64,000 bases of DNA, from NCBI GenBank assembly GCA_050575255.1, contig JBNZDD010013650.1:1020198-1084197 (forward strand), written 5' to 3'. The position numbers and the translations under genes were made by a program. The DNA comes from Harriotta raleighana. Lineage: Eukaryota. Below the pieces are notes generated by a model, which was given only the letters and a program-made list of their open reading frames with translations, was not told where the DNA came from and did no database searches. Shown here in pieces: positions 28,129 through 44,223 of the stretch. Within the stretch, counting starts at the first letter, position 1. Each line of letters begins with the position of its first letter.

Positions 28129-29105
28129 TACTATGTACTTAAAAGCAACCAGAGGGTTTGTAACTGAGATCTGTCCGAATGCTCTCAGATCTGTGTTATC
28201 CTGTGGTAACCAGTGGCTTATCACCTGCCCCATCACCCTGCGCCCCAGGTTTGCAAACACACAAAATGATAAAAATAGTTTTTATTTGCAATGGTTTCAG
28301 CATTGGCTGGGTGCTTGGAGCGAGTGACATTGGCACATGCAGTAACAAATGCGTACCATATGGAAGAAACCTTTGTCATATAAGACATTTTGCAGAACTG
28401 TTTGGCTTTAAAATAAGTAGTATATAACCTGACATGTGCCATCCACACACTCACACACAACACTATAAGGTCCCATTGAGTAACTCCTCATCTCTGACAG
28501 ATATGAGTTTAGAGAGATCTAGAGCAGGAGCCACGACACCTCCCCCACGTCACTGGACACCTTACAGCCAACGGCATTCGGGCCCCACCCAGGACATTGT
28601 GTTGGAAGGTTCAGGAACAGGAGGCTCTTAAGGCAGTGAATTGGAAGCAACATTGAGAAGGAATTGTCTGGGATTTCCACTGTGTGCAGGAGATACTCGT
28701 GAAATCAAACACAAGTCTTGTCCAGTGATGCAAATTGTACTCCACAGATGGTGGTAGTAAGTGTTATCAAGGGCTGCGAAAAGCAGAGCGATAGGCAATG
28801 CCTCACATACAAACACTCATCAAAGAACATCAACGCTTCATTCCGTGTAACAAGAGGGGTCCGTAGCAGCTGTGCATGTGCAGTCGCAAGATTGGCAGTG
28901 AGACACAAAGCCAGGAAACAGCAATATCTGAAAGGCAAAGTGCAGAGATCAGAGCTGAGGCCCAGTCTCACCAAGTTTCCAGTCTGTGCCCGATCCCGTG
29001 TGTCTGCCTTCCTGTAGGATTACCCTGGAGAGTTACGATGATGATTGCAATTAACCAACTGCTCGGTGCAGCCTTCAGCCACTGGTGCTGTGGTGTGGCC
29101 AAGTC

Positions 29106-32100
29106 TCAGTCACCAACCACCACTGTCTGTATCTCCACCTCCCCCTCCTGGCCGGTGATCACAAAGTCCTCAGTGTGGCCGAGCACCTGGAGGTCAGCTG
29201 CGGTGACCATGGTGAGGGTGGGAGGGCTGCTCTCCAGGCCGGAGGCCTCGCTAATGGTGGAGGCCAACGTCATGGCCACCTGCTCGGTCAGGCTGTCGGG
29301 CGTTGCTATGGTAATTGTGTCGGCACCATCCTCCGCTGTCAGGCTCTCAGCAATAATCTGCCGACTGCAGTTTGCCTGGTTCACAATTTGTTGCACAACC
29401 TTCATAATGTGACTGTCCACCTGACAGGACAAAAACAGGACATCAGAACAATAGACAGGAAGGAGCTCTCCTCCCCCTACACAGTACTCTCTCTCCAACC
29501 CCCCTCTACTCGACAGCACTCCCCACCCCTCCCCCCACCGAAAGAGCGACCCTCCCTCATCTCCCCGAGGCAGCATTCCCACCCCCACCCACCGCTGACT
29601 AACCTGGTGTTTGGACCCTCGGATAAGTGTCTCCACATCACTGCTTCCAACAACTTCAGCTGGGCTCTGCAAACACAGACCAACACATACACATCAGGAG
29701 CCTGAAAACTGGGCCTAAGCCCCTTCTCAGCACCTCCCCAGACCACCAACCCCCTGTCCCACCCCAGGAATACCTCAATGATGTACTCCTGCGTGTCAGC
29801 CACCACCGAGGAGAATTCCACCAGCACTGTGTGAGGGTCGTCAGAGCTGATCCCAGCGACACCGTCCACCGACTGGCTGTCCGACGAGATCTCCACCTGC
29901 TCCAGCACCTGGCAGCCCCCTGAGGATGGGGAAACTCGTCAGTTTGAGTCTCGGCCATGGCTCATCAGGGCTGCTTTGCAGAGCCAGCTAAGCCTACCCC
30001 AGCTTACTGCTCCGCAACACTTTGCCTTCCCTGTGGGCTCAAGAGTCCACCAACAGTCTGGCGCAGAACCACACATAAGACACTGCAGTGTCAGAGACAC
30101 CAGCCTTCCAAGTGAGACATTAAACCCACCTCTTCTTAATTCAAGTGGATGCTAAAGATCCTGTGACACTATTTGAAAAGAGAAGGGAGTTTCTCCTGAT
30201 GTCCTGGACACCGGTCGGTGAGATTGACCTCATGTGGGACTTTGCTTTGTGTAAATTGTCTGCTACTTTACGTATAACACAGTCACAACTGTTTTCAGAT
30301 AATGTGGTGTCGGGGCACAATGCGAGTCACTGTTGCCATATTAGAAAGAATTATTATAGGATTATAATCAGAGTTGACCTGGAGCATCATTCCTGCCCCA
30401 GCTCAAGGAGTCACTGTTCAGAGCAAAACCCAACAACAACAAACAACAACACAATGACATGGATAGAGTGAACCCGAGCAAAGGGGGTACGGGATGGGGA
30501 AAGAGGACCCACCTTTGGCTTTCAGGTGCCGGTTCAGAGTGCCGTGCTCGGCAAAGGCGCGGCCACAGTTGTAGCAGTGAAACGGCCGCTCGCCCGTGTG
30601 CAGCCGCATGTGCCGCACCAGTGAACCCTTCTCCCTGAACGCCCGTGGGCAGCGATCACACACAAACGGCTTGGCCTCCGAGTGCGTCCGCAAGTGGACC
30701 TGCTGCGCATTCTGTGTGAGAGAACAAGAGGCGGTAACTGTGAATCAGTGGGGAGCAGTGGGAGGACAGGCGGGAAGGGGTAATGGGGGGCCAGGTGGAG
30801 GATGGATAGAGAGGGTGATAGTGAGTGGGAGAGGGGGCAGTGGGGTGGGGGGGGTAACCAAGATACACTCTGACCTTGGTTTTGTAGCTCTTGCCGCAGC
30901 ACGGGCAGGGGTAGGGCCTGTGGTCGGAGTGGGCCCTCATGTGCTCCTTCACGTGAGCGATGCTCTTGTACAGCTTCCCACACTCCCCACATTTAAAACG
31001 CCGCTCGTTGTAGTGCGACTCCAGGTGCTTCTTCAGGATGTACGCGGTCATGAACTCTTTCTCACACAGCGAGCAGCGATGGGGCTTATAGCCTACAGAC
31101 AGAGAGCATGTCAACATGGCTCCCAGGCAGCCCCTCCCACGGACCCGCAAAGGGGCTCATCTCACACCGAAGCCGGGAGCAAACACTTTACCTAAATGTG
31201 CTTTAATGTGCAGCCGCAGGTAGCTGGAGCCCCGGAATTCCCGGCTGCAGTGGGGACACTTAAACCTCCTGCAGCTTCTCCTGCTGGGCGAGTCCGACTG
31301 TAAAAAGAGAATCCAATTGAAATACCCACAAACTGTTCCTTATAATCCCAGACTGCACTCCCCACCCTTATTCCCTGTCCAGAAGTACAAAAGCGGATCA
31401 TAACCTGGGAATGTTGTGTCCAGCTGGGTTTGCCAAGAGCATTCGGGGTCTCACACACACACACACACACACTGCAGTGACTACCTTATTATTATTATTA
31501 TTAAACAGGAAGTCACCACAAACAACTGCTTTTAATGTGAATTGTACACATAACAAACACACCTCGTTGGCGTCCACCTCCTGTGGCTGTGGCTCAGGGC
31601 TCTCCTCTTCCTCGACCTCACCCAGTGATATGGAATCACCACATTTCTCCGGATCTTCTATTATTACCGTCTCAATGACGATGCCGGAGTTCCTCATGGC
31701 CTGGCAGATAAGGCTCTCGCTGGTAGCCTCCCCGGCACAAGCCACCTCGGTTGGGGTGGGTGACTGCAGGTCAGACACACAACAACAATAACTTGTATTT
31801 ATCCCAAGTCCTTCACACAGGGCAACGACTTAAGACACCACAGTGACAGGTTTATACCTGGCCTCCATGATGGGTCTCGGGGAGCAGTGTCTCGGGGACA
31901 CTGTGTACCTGCACCTCCTGGATGGTGCCCTCAGCGTTGGTGAGCACACTGATCACAGCTGTGGCCTCCGGGCACACAAGTTCCTCACTCTGCTTCTCGC
32001 TTACTGCAACAGACCGAGAAAGTAGTCAAAGCTCCGGCATGCTCCCATCCTCCAGCCCAGCCCCCAACCCACCTGGGAGCCCATTAGTCATCAGTACCAG

Positions 32101-34445
32101 TCTGTGGCTGTGGTTTGTCCATCTCTGCGGCCTCCATTTCTGGCTCCGACACCAACTGCAGTTGCTGAAACTTGTTTTTCTCCGTACATGGGGTGATGGC
32201 CTTGAGGTGTCGGGTCAGTGCTCCTGACTCCCGGAAACTCATTCCACACATCCGGCATCGGTAGGGCCTCTCGTCTGAAACATGGACAAGGCGCTTATAC
32301 AGAGTCAGACACCTTCACTCCCAAGTAAATAATCGGTGACTGAGCTCCTGTCTGACCTGTGTGCCGCCGGTTGTGTCTCACTAAGGATCCCTTCGTTCTG
32401 AAAGCCATTCCACACATCTTGCATTTGAAAGCCTTGTTCTCGCTGTGAGTAACCATGTGAGCCTTCAGGATAACAGCCTGTAATGAGAGCCGTGTGAGTA
32501 AGGTCATTTGTATAGTCCCTCATACATGTACAGACTCTCACACACACACAAACAGACGCTCCACAATACCCACAGTTTTGAAAGTCTTGTCACAGATCTG
32601 ACACATGAGCCGTCCGTCCTCGTTCAGAACGGTCTCCAATCTCTTCCTCCTGGCCCCGTGGTCTCCGGCCTCGGCCTCGGGGCTGACTGGACTCTCCTCG
32701 CTCTCACTTGCCTCCTGTTCTGCACTACCCAACAGTTGCTTTGCTGAACTCTGGCCCTCATTCTCACACCCATCACCTAAAAATCAGAACAGAAAGCGAC
32801 TAGTGACACTTTAGATAGAAAGCGACTGGTGACACTTCCCACCCACCTCTCACCCAGCAATGACTACTCTCATCGGAGACAATTCCGCCAATGCTTCCAA
32901 ATTGGAGCAGACACATGCCGATTGCATTGCGCTCAGCATTCATCAACCTACTATACAACACACAGCTGTCACTAGGAAAAACACACGCACACACACTCAG
33001 CTCTGTCACCTGCAAACACATACACACACAACTCTGCTTACCAGTCTCATCTGAGTGCAACGTGTAGGTTATTTCAGGTGTTGCCACAACCAGCTGAGCC
33101 ACAGCAACTGATGAAACCACTGGATCAGACTCCTGCAATAAGCAGAGGTTAAGAGTCTCAGAGCTGCTGCTACTACAAAAAAAGGATGTAAACGGCGTCC
33201 CACATGCAGGGTAGTGCACCGTGCTCGACAGTGGCAGAGCCCAACGTAGGCATGGTGGAAAAGTAAGGTCTTCAGGGGGTCCACCTGAAAATGGGGAAAG
33301 AAGGAGAAGGGCGGAGGAATAGAGGAAGAGTTTCCGGGCACAGTGGCTAAAAGCGTGGCCACCAATGGTGGAACGGAGGCCATGAGGGACATGCCGGTCG
33401 AGCGGAAGCAACATGTGAACAGGTTGGAGAGGTTGGGGTGCCAGAGCATGAAGGGATTTGAAGAGATGCTAATGATGGCTCACTGTCAAATTGACCTGGC
33501 GTGCCTGACTGCTGGCGGGTATGGGGTCAGCACTAACGACGGATTGTTTCTGTAGCCTCTGACATGCTTTCTGCCCTTTGTGGCTGATGAAATCCTCCAG
33601 GCTATGGAACTCAGTGTGACACCTGCCACACTTGTGTAGGTCAACATCCTCTGTAATGCACACAAACACACAAAATCATTGTTTCACCACTCACAGTTAG
33701 GGGTTCCCAGCCCTAACTTGCCTGCCATTGACCATCCAGCACCGTGAATGTGCTTTGGGACGCAGCACAAACTGCAATACATTTTATTGCCTCATGTTTA
33801 ATGTCACATTCGGATGGCTAGTGAGCAGTGAGATCTGTAACTCAGCACACACCTGTACAGATCAACTATTTCCCAAACAAACCCACGAGCTATTCAGAAA
33901 CCAGAGGTAGATTTTACAGAGAAATAGATGTATGTGAGTGACTTGCAGACCGGAGGGTGTTTTATAGGTAGAACAATTACACTTGTAAAGCGCCTTTCAC
34001 GTCGGGAGGACGTCCCAAAGCGCTGTCAAGAGTGAATGACAGACTGGAATCTAACTGCTGACTTCAGATAGAGATGTTAATAATAACCCTTATATTGACA
34101 AAGGGCCTGTGACGATGAGAGGGCGGCATAAAGCGCTTCGCATGATTTACTATAAAGTATAGTGATCTTGCATTTTGTGGGCAAGTTTGACAGCAAACGT
34201 CCCATAAACATCCATGAAGTGAGGCAGCAATCTTATTTGGGGGATTGTCAGCCCGGACCGGGGTGTTTTGAGCAGCGGCGAGGGGCAGGCCCTGACCTGG
34301 GGCTTCAACCTAAACCTCTGGACTGACTCACTGACTGAGCCCTAGGCTCGAGGCCGGGGATTAGCTGGAACCGATGCGGAGGCCCATTACCTTCCTCCCC
34401 GCCGGCCTGCGGCCCCGCCGCCACTGCCGTATGTGCTGAACTCAT
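29106..34445 (-). CDS. E4F1: Transcription factor E4F1 (C2H2 zinc finger)
   Basis: Approximate exons: 34391-34445, 33484-33650, 33042-33132, 32573-32777, 32357-32477, 32098-32274, 31857-32003, 31563-31763, 31192-31297, 30875-31092, 30513-30711, 29774-29919, 29604-29666, 29106-29420. Peptides: MSSAHTA, EDVDLHKCGRCHTEF, GSLVRHNRRHT/DERPY, NAQQVHLRTH, AFAEHGTLNRHL, HTVLVEFSSVVADTQEYIIE, SHIMKVVQQIV, TITIATPDSLTEQVAMTLAS. Head-to-head with PGP as in human. Confidence 0.93.
33200..33470 (-). mobile_element. L2 LINE fragment in an E4F1 intron
   Basis: Reverse strand resembles the other L2 3' fragments in the window. Confidence 0.5.
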
Positions 34446-34752
34446 CGGGACTTCCTCCCACTTGTCGCAAGGAGAACAAAATGGCGGCTTTACGACCTGC
34501 CGCCAAAGGTGGAGAAGGCCGCGGGGACTGCGGCTGCGTACAAACCGGAGTCACCTGGGAGCTGTAGTTCCGTGTCAACAAACTGCGAACTGCGATTGCG
34601 CAGAGAATAACCCTCTGGGAACTGCAGTGCGCTGGTGTCCAGCGCTGAGCAAGGCATGCTGGGAGTTGTAGTTCACGGGGCCTGAGGTCGGGATCAAGTT
34701 CCTGAAGGGCGGAAGAAAGCGCTCGAGCCGGGGCCGCCTGACTCTACCTGCC
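34446..34752. promoter_or_regulatory. CpG-island bidirectional promoter E4F1/PGP with ZNF143/THAP11 (SBS) and YY1 motifs
   Basis: The two ATGs are about 310 nt apart and divergent. ACTACAACTCCCAGCATGC on - at 34654-34673, related copies at 34555-34569 and 34615-34629, and AAAATGGCGG at ~34478-34487. Confidence 0.8.
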
Positions 34753-35749
34753 ATGGCCGCCGCCGAGTGCCGGCTACTCTCGGGCCCCGAGGCCTCCACG
34801 GTGCTGGCCACCGCCGACACGCTGCTGTTTGACTGTGACGGGGTGATCTGGCGGGGAGAGACCGCGATCCCCGGCGCCGCTCAGCTCATCAACCGGTTGC
34901 AGGAGCGGGGGAAGCGGGTGCTGTACGTGACCAACAACAGCACCAAGACGCGGGCCATGTACACCGACAAACTGCGCGGCCTCGGCTTCCGCGCTGACAC
35001 CCAGAACGTCTTCGCCACCGCCTTCTGCTCGGCGCTGTACCTGCAGCAGGAGACGGCACTGCGCGGGAAGGTCTATGTACTGGGCGCCGAGGCCGTGAGC
35101 GAGGAGCTGCAGAGCCTGGGCATCGCCTGCATCGGCCCCGGCCCCGACCCGCTCTGCGGCGGCATGAATGACTGGGCCACGCTGCCCAAAGACACCGATG
35201 TCGGCGCCGTCCTCGTCGCCTTCGACCCGCATTTCAGCTACATGAAGCTGGTGCGGGCGGCGGCCTACCTGCGGGACGAGGGCTGCCGCTTCCTGGCCAC
35301 CAACACCGACACCCGCCTCCCGTTGGAGGCCGGCGCCGTCATCCCGGGTAAGTGTCGGGGGCCGCGCGGGGCCGGGAAAGGTCTCGGGCTGAGCGGCCGG
35401 TACTAACAACCTTTCCCCTCCCGCAGGTACGGGCTGCCTGGTGCGGGCGGTGGAGGCCGCGGCCCAGCGCACGGCCACGGTGATCGGCAAACCCAGCCCC
35501 TTCATGTTCCGCTGCGCGGCTGAGCGTTTCGGCTTGGACCCGGCCAAGACCATCATGGTGGGCGACCGGCTGGACACCGACATCCTCCTCGGCACCAACT
35601 GCGGTCTCCGCACCATCCTCACCCTCACCGGCGTCTCCACCCTGCAGGAGGCCGAGAGCCACCGGGACAGCGGGGACCCCACCCGCCGCCGCCTCGTCCC
35701 CAACTACTATGTGCACAGCGTCGCCGACCTGCTGCCGGCGCTGGACTGA
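34753..35749 (+). CDS. PGP: Phosphoglycolate/glycerol-3-phosphate phosphatase (HAD class IIA), 305 aa
   Basis: Two exons, 34753-35347 and 35427-35749 (79-nt GT-AG intron). Motifs [34 protein letters not shown] at ~35949. Confidence 0.96.
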
Positions 35750-37139
35750 AGCCGGGGCTGGGCTCAGGGGTCGGTGCTCGGGGCTGGGGGTGAGGTCGGG
35801 CTCAGGGTAACAATGTTGTTATTGTCTGAACACTTTACTGTAACATTCAGGTACCTGTAGAGGGAGAGAGAGCGAGGTGTGTGTGAGAGAGAGAGAGTCA
35901 GCCGTGTATTTATTACTGTGATGTGAGTGATCATTTATTGTGCACTGAAATAAACTGATCAGTTTGCTCGAGTCTTACTTGTTGTTTCGGTCATCGATTC
36001 CCGCAGTGAGTGATATCCCCGGGCCGCCGGTATCTGTTACCGAGCTGCCCGAGTGCAGCTCTCATCGGGACAAGCCGGGAATTATACAGCACAAGAAGCC
36101 AATCGCCCCCCCCCCCACCCCGCCCGGTATCTGTGCCGGTTCTTTGAAGAGCTTTTCCACATCAATCTGTCTCCTCATATCTATGCCAACCTCTCCTCCC
36201 TGTATAACTATCTACTCTTCAAATTGGTTATCGAATCGAACCATGTTATCGGAACCATTCTGAGGTTATCGATAAGGCTGATCAGGGCTGTAACTAATGT
36301 CAGAGAGACTGCCTCAGCCACTGGTAGCGGTTTCCTAGGTCGGTGGGTGTTCCCACTTTATTATTATTATATTATTTTAAGTGCCACAGATTAATGATTA
36401 TTGATAAATTGATCACTTGTTCCCTGACTGTTTGTGGGTCAGTGCTGAATGCAGTTGGCTGTGGCCTTTTCCACATCGATCCGCCGATCCACTGATAACA
36501 TACATTTGTGCCCCAGTGCAGTGACAGTCAATATGCCCTGTATTTGGCGTCTCACACATTACCATGAGAAGAATGACCAAATTGGAGCAAAGACTTTGGA
36601 GAGACGGATTTTTGCCACAAGATCACTAGTTATATCACATGCAAGGATTATTATTATAACTTCCACCTGGTTTGAAGCTCAGTGTTTGATCTGCTCCAAT
36701 AGCAGGCACATTGCACCCCGCACACTGGGCCAGAGAGTCAGCCTGGGTTTGCAGCTCAAACAACTTTGTTTCACCCACAAAACATAGACTTCGCTTTACA
36801 GTATATACTGGGAAGGGCTTTAAGATTTCTCAATGATATAATTCGGTACTGTATCAAATGCAAGGATTTTAAAATTTGTTTGTGACACACAGAGGATGTT
36901 GAGGCACCCTGAATATTAATTCAGGAGAGTATTAGGTACAGGTTGGCAAGAGCCAAAGCTTGGAAACCCCACAGTGTGTGTTGGGGTAACTGTTGGAGTC
37001 CAACCAGCTAAAACCTTAGCTTTCCGTTGACATTGTTTGTCTGGCTTTCCCCAGCTAGTGCTACTCTACCCTCTCACTAACCGGAAACTCAACTCAACAA
37101 ATTGGATTTCCATACTGCCCTCCTGGCCAGTCTTCACAA

Positions 37140-37500
37140 TAGCGGAGGCTGAAGCAATGGAAGGTGGAAGGTGATCATGGGCGTGGTCAAACAGAAAGGT
37201 CTTCAGGAGCGACCCGAAGATGGAAAAGGAGGGGTTGAGACAAAGGGATTAAGGGGGAGGGAGTTCCAGAGTTTAGTAGCTGAAAGCATGGCTGATGGTG
37301 GAGTAGAGGATTCAGGGGACAAAGAGGCCAGACCCGGTAAAGAGGAGGCAGCGGGTATTGCTGTGAGGAGTGGTTGGAGAGGTGGGGGGTTGCAGAGGAA
37401 TGGAGGGATTTAAAAACAAGAGTGAGAATCTTGAAGTCGATCTGCTTCAATAGAGAGCCAGTGAAGTCTGCAGAGGACTGGGGTAATCTGTGAGTAAAGT
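37140..37500 (-). mobile_element. L2 LINE fragment
   Basis: Reverse strand encodes IDFKILTLVFKSLH, an L2 ORF2 C-terminal motif. Confidence 0.65.
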
Positions 37501-37754
37501 TTGGTTCAGGTGAGAATGCGGGCAGCGGAGTTCTGTATGAGCTTAACCAATAACAAATTGTATCGCAGTCATTGGGCAAATAAAGCTCGCTGTATGAACA
37601 CAACAGGATGTGAAGTGAGAAATGATCCTAACAACCAGGATTTCATCCAAAAGGTTTGTGCCTGAAGATTCCTCTCCCCACCCCCCCATCATCCTGTGGT
37701 GGCATCAGGTTGCAGCCTGGCACCAGAGGCTGAGTCTCAGTCAGACCTGGAGAC

Positions 37755-41113
<3,359 letters not shown>

Positions 41114-41599
41114 CTGCTCTCTCATACCGTCTCACCACCATAATGCTTTGTAGCTGTTTTTAATGTAATCCTTACTGACTGACCGAAAGCTCTCCCTGCC
41201 CAGCCACACTCCTCTACCTGACCCCACACTGACCAGCCACAGGAAGGACAATGTGCTCAGCTCAGCCCCTGTGGAGCCAACGGACCTGACAAGCTATCAC
41301 ACCAGCTACAGCGATTCCCTCTTCTCTGAGGCTTAGGCCTATATCATTCTGTGTGACTCACACTGTGACATGTTTAACCATCATACACAGATGGCCCCAA
41401 CAAGACTAATAGCCACACTCGCACATTTATACACTTTCAGATTTTTCTAAACGTAGATACAATAAACGTGTGTGTAACATCACAATTGAAATTGTATTTT
41501 GTGATTTTACTTGCTCCCTTTCACGCAAAGGAACACAGTGTCCACACCCAACCCAGCCTTCACCCCGACCCGGCCCTCAGCCTGGCTCACACTGGATCC

Positions 41600-41995
41600 A
41601 GTTCTCAGTTGGTTGTACTCATGCCTCTGACTCAGGAGGTTGTAGATTCAAGTCCCATTTGGGGATTTTGAACTCACAGTCCAGACTGAGGCTCCTGTGC
41701 GGTGTTTAGGGGGGGTGGGTGGAGTAGTGCTGCATTGTTGTAAGTTCCATCCTTTGGATGAGACACTAAAACAGAAGAACATGAAAAAAAATCTGCGGCA
41801 CAATTCAAAAACGGCAGTGAGTTTCTCTCTGCCGATGCCCTGGCCAACAACTCAAATAAAATCGTACATTCACTTAATGACTTGCTGTAATGGGACATTG
41901 CTGTAGGCAAATTGTCTGCCATGTTTGCTTATGCAACAGCATATCCTGTGAAGGGCTCTGAAATGCTCTCCCAACATGGAATGTGAAGGTTATTA
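41600..41995 (+). mobile_element. Older Deu-domain SINE (SacSINE/AmnSINE-like)
   Basis: tRNA-like head, gtgctgcattgt..cctttggatgagac, Deu core tgggacattgctgtaggcaaattgtctgcc. A related minus-strand copy lies at ~42900-43130. Confidence 0.6.
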
Positions 41996-42240
41996 TCATC
42001 AGTGCCCACACCCAAGGGGACTGGCTGAGGAAAGAGTAACCGTTGTAACAAATTGTAGTGAAAGATCTTGTAATGAGAGCCCACTGACCTTGTCAGATTC
42101 ATCAGAGGCATAAGAGGCGGGTGGGAGAAGGCAGTATCCACACAAAGCACCAGATCACCTACATTCAATATTTATTCCAATTCGTTGCCCAGTGACTTGA
42201 CTGGGATCAGTTCACAAACACATGGGGCAGGAAAGCCAGG

Positions 42241-44223
42241 ACTGTCTCCTGGCAACATCAGCCCAGCACACTGTCATTGAAGGCCAAGCATACCACCGCC
42301 TTCTGGTGGCCACTGTATTCACGCTTAATCTCCCCAGTCTCCACACACCAGAGTCGGGCCAAATTATCTGAAGAAGCTGAGACAAACAGAGAAATGTCAG
42401 CTTCAGAGCCAGAAAACAATGAACACATTTTATACTGTACATCCAATTGATAATACAGCCTCAACAGCGGGGACCTTCCCTCACTCAGCTCACTCACCCT
42501 CCCCCTCGCCACCCCACAGCCTGGATGAGACCCAGAGAGGGAGCCAACCTGTGACGATGTACTGGGAATCCCCTGAGAAGGCGCAGTCCCACATCCAGCC
42601 CCGCGATGTCTCCCCGGGGTTGTTGCTCTTGATGCTCAGCTCCGTCATGAGGGAGAAGTTCGAGGTTCTCCAGATTTTGCAGGTTTGATCAGCAGAACAG
42701 GTGGCGAGGAGCCTGAGGGGGAGACAAACACTGGGTATAACACCAACCCCTACACCAGGACCTGTGTTATACCAGCTCAGAGATTCTGTGTTAATGAAGA
42801 TCTTTGTCTGTGAGAAACAACTAGTTAAGCTTAAAATGCCACACCTCACAATGGACAAATACAGCAGCCAATATTCATTCACACATTAATGCCCCGGAAA
42901 CAGCTATGAAGTGAATGTATGTGGGGGATTGTCAGCCAGAACCTGAGGAGGGGAAAGTCCCCTGTCTCTGGGTAGTGCCACTGGATCTATGATGTCTGCC
43001 TGAATAGGGAGATGGGTCCTCAATTTAACATTTCATCCGAAGTTCAGTCCCTCTGACCAAGCTGTGCTCGGCTGTGCTGTGAGCTCAGGCCTGTCTTGGG
43101 CTGGACTCCACAACCCTCTGACCAGATCTCGAGCCACAAGGACCAAGTTAATTTAAATATTCCATGAACAATGACAGCTACAGTCTCACTCAGGTTATCA
43201 CGGTTTTGCTATTGGTTTGATACAATGCCCGNACTGTCTCCTGGCAACATCAGCCCAGCACACTGTCATTGAAGGCCAAGCATACCACCGCCTTCTGGTG
43301 GCCACTGTATTCACGCTTAATCTCCCCAGTCTCCACACACCAGAGTCGGGCCAAATTATCTGAAGAAGCTGAGACAAACAGAGAAATGTCAGCTTCAGAG
43401 CCAGAAAACAATGAACACATTTTATACTGTACATCCAATTGATAATACAGCCTCAACAGCGGGGACCTTCCCTCACTCAGCTCACTCACCCTCCCCCTCG
43501 CCACCCCACAGCCTGGATGAGACCCAGAGAGGGAGCCAACCTGTGACGATGTACTGGGAATCCCCTGAGAAGGCGCAGTCCCACATCCAGCCCCGCGATG
43601 TCTCCCCGGGGTTGTTGCTCTTGATGCTCAGCTCCGTCATGAGGGAGAAGTTCGAGGTTCTCCAGATTTTGCAGGTTTGATCAGCAGAACAGGTGGCGAG
43701 GAGCCTGAGGGGGAGACAAACACTGGGTATAACACCAACCCCTACACCAGGACCTGTGTTATACCAGCTCAGAGATTCTGTGTTAATGAAGATCTTTGTC
43801 TGTGAGAAACAACTAGTTAAGCTTAAAATGCCACACCTCACAATGGACAAATACAGCAGCCAATATTCATTCACACATTAATGCCCCGGAAACAGCTATG
43901 AAGTGAATGTATGTGGGGGATTGTCAGCCAGAACCTGAGGAGGGGAAAGTCCCCTGTCTCTGGGTAGTGCCACTGTATCTATGATGTCTGCCTGAATAGG
44001 GAGATGGGTCCTCAATTTAACATTTCATCCGAAGTTCAGTCCCTCTGACCAAGCTGTGCTCGGCTGTGCTGTGAGCTCAGGCCTGTCTTGGGCTGGACTC
44101 CACAACCCTCTGACCAGATCTCGAGCCACAAGGACCAAGTTACTTTAAATATTCCATGAACAATGACAGCTACAGTCTCACTCAGGTTATCACGGTTTTG
44201 CTATTGGTTTGATACAATGCCCG
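42241..44223. other. 991-bp near-identical duplication of the last two MLST8 exons around a single N (probable haplotype/assembly artefact)
   Basis: 42241-43231 vs 43233-44223 (offset 992), N at 43232; at least two single-base differences. Confidence 0.85.

Noticed and set aside
31192-31297. Apparent frameshift in an E4F1 zinc-finger exon suggested by the ORF track
   Set aside because: Re-reading gives an intact FKCPHCSREFRGSSYLRLHIKAHL in another frame.
34774-35703. 309-aa minus-strand ORF
   Set aside because: Antisense shadow of the GC-rich PGP coding sequence.
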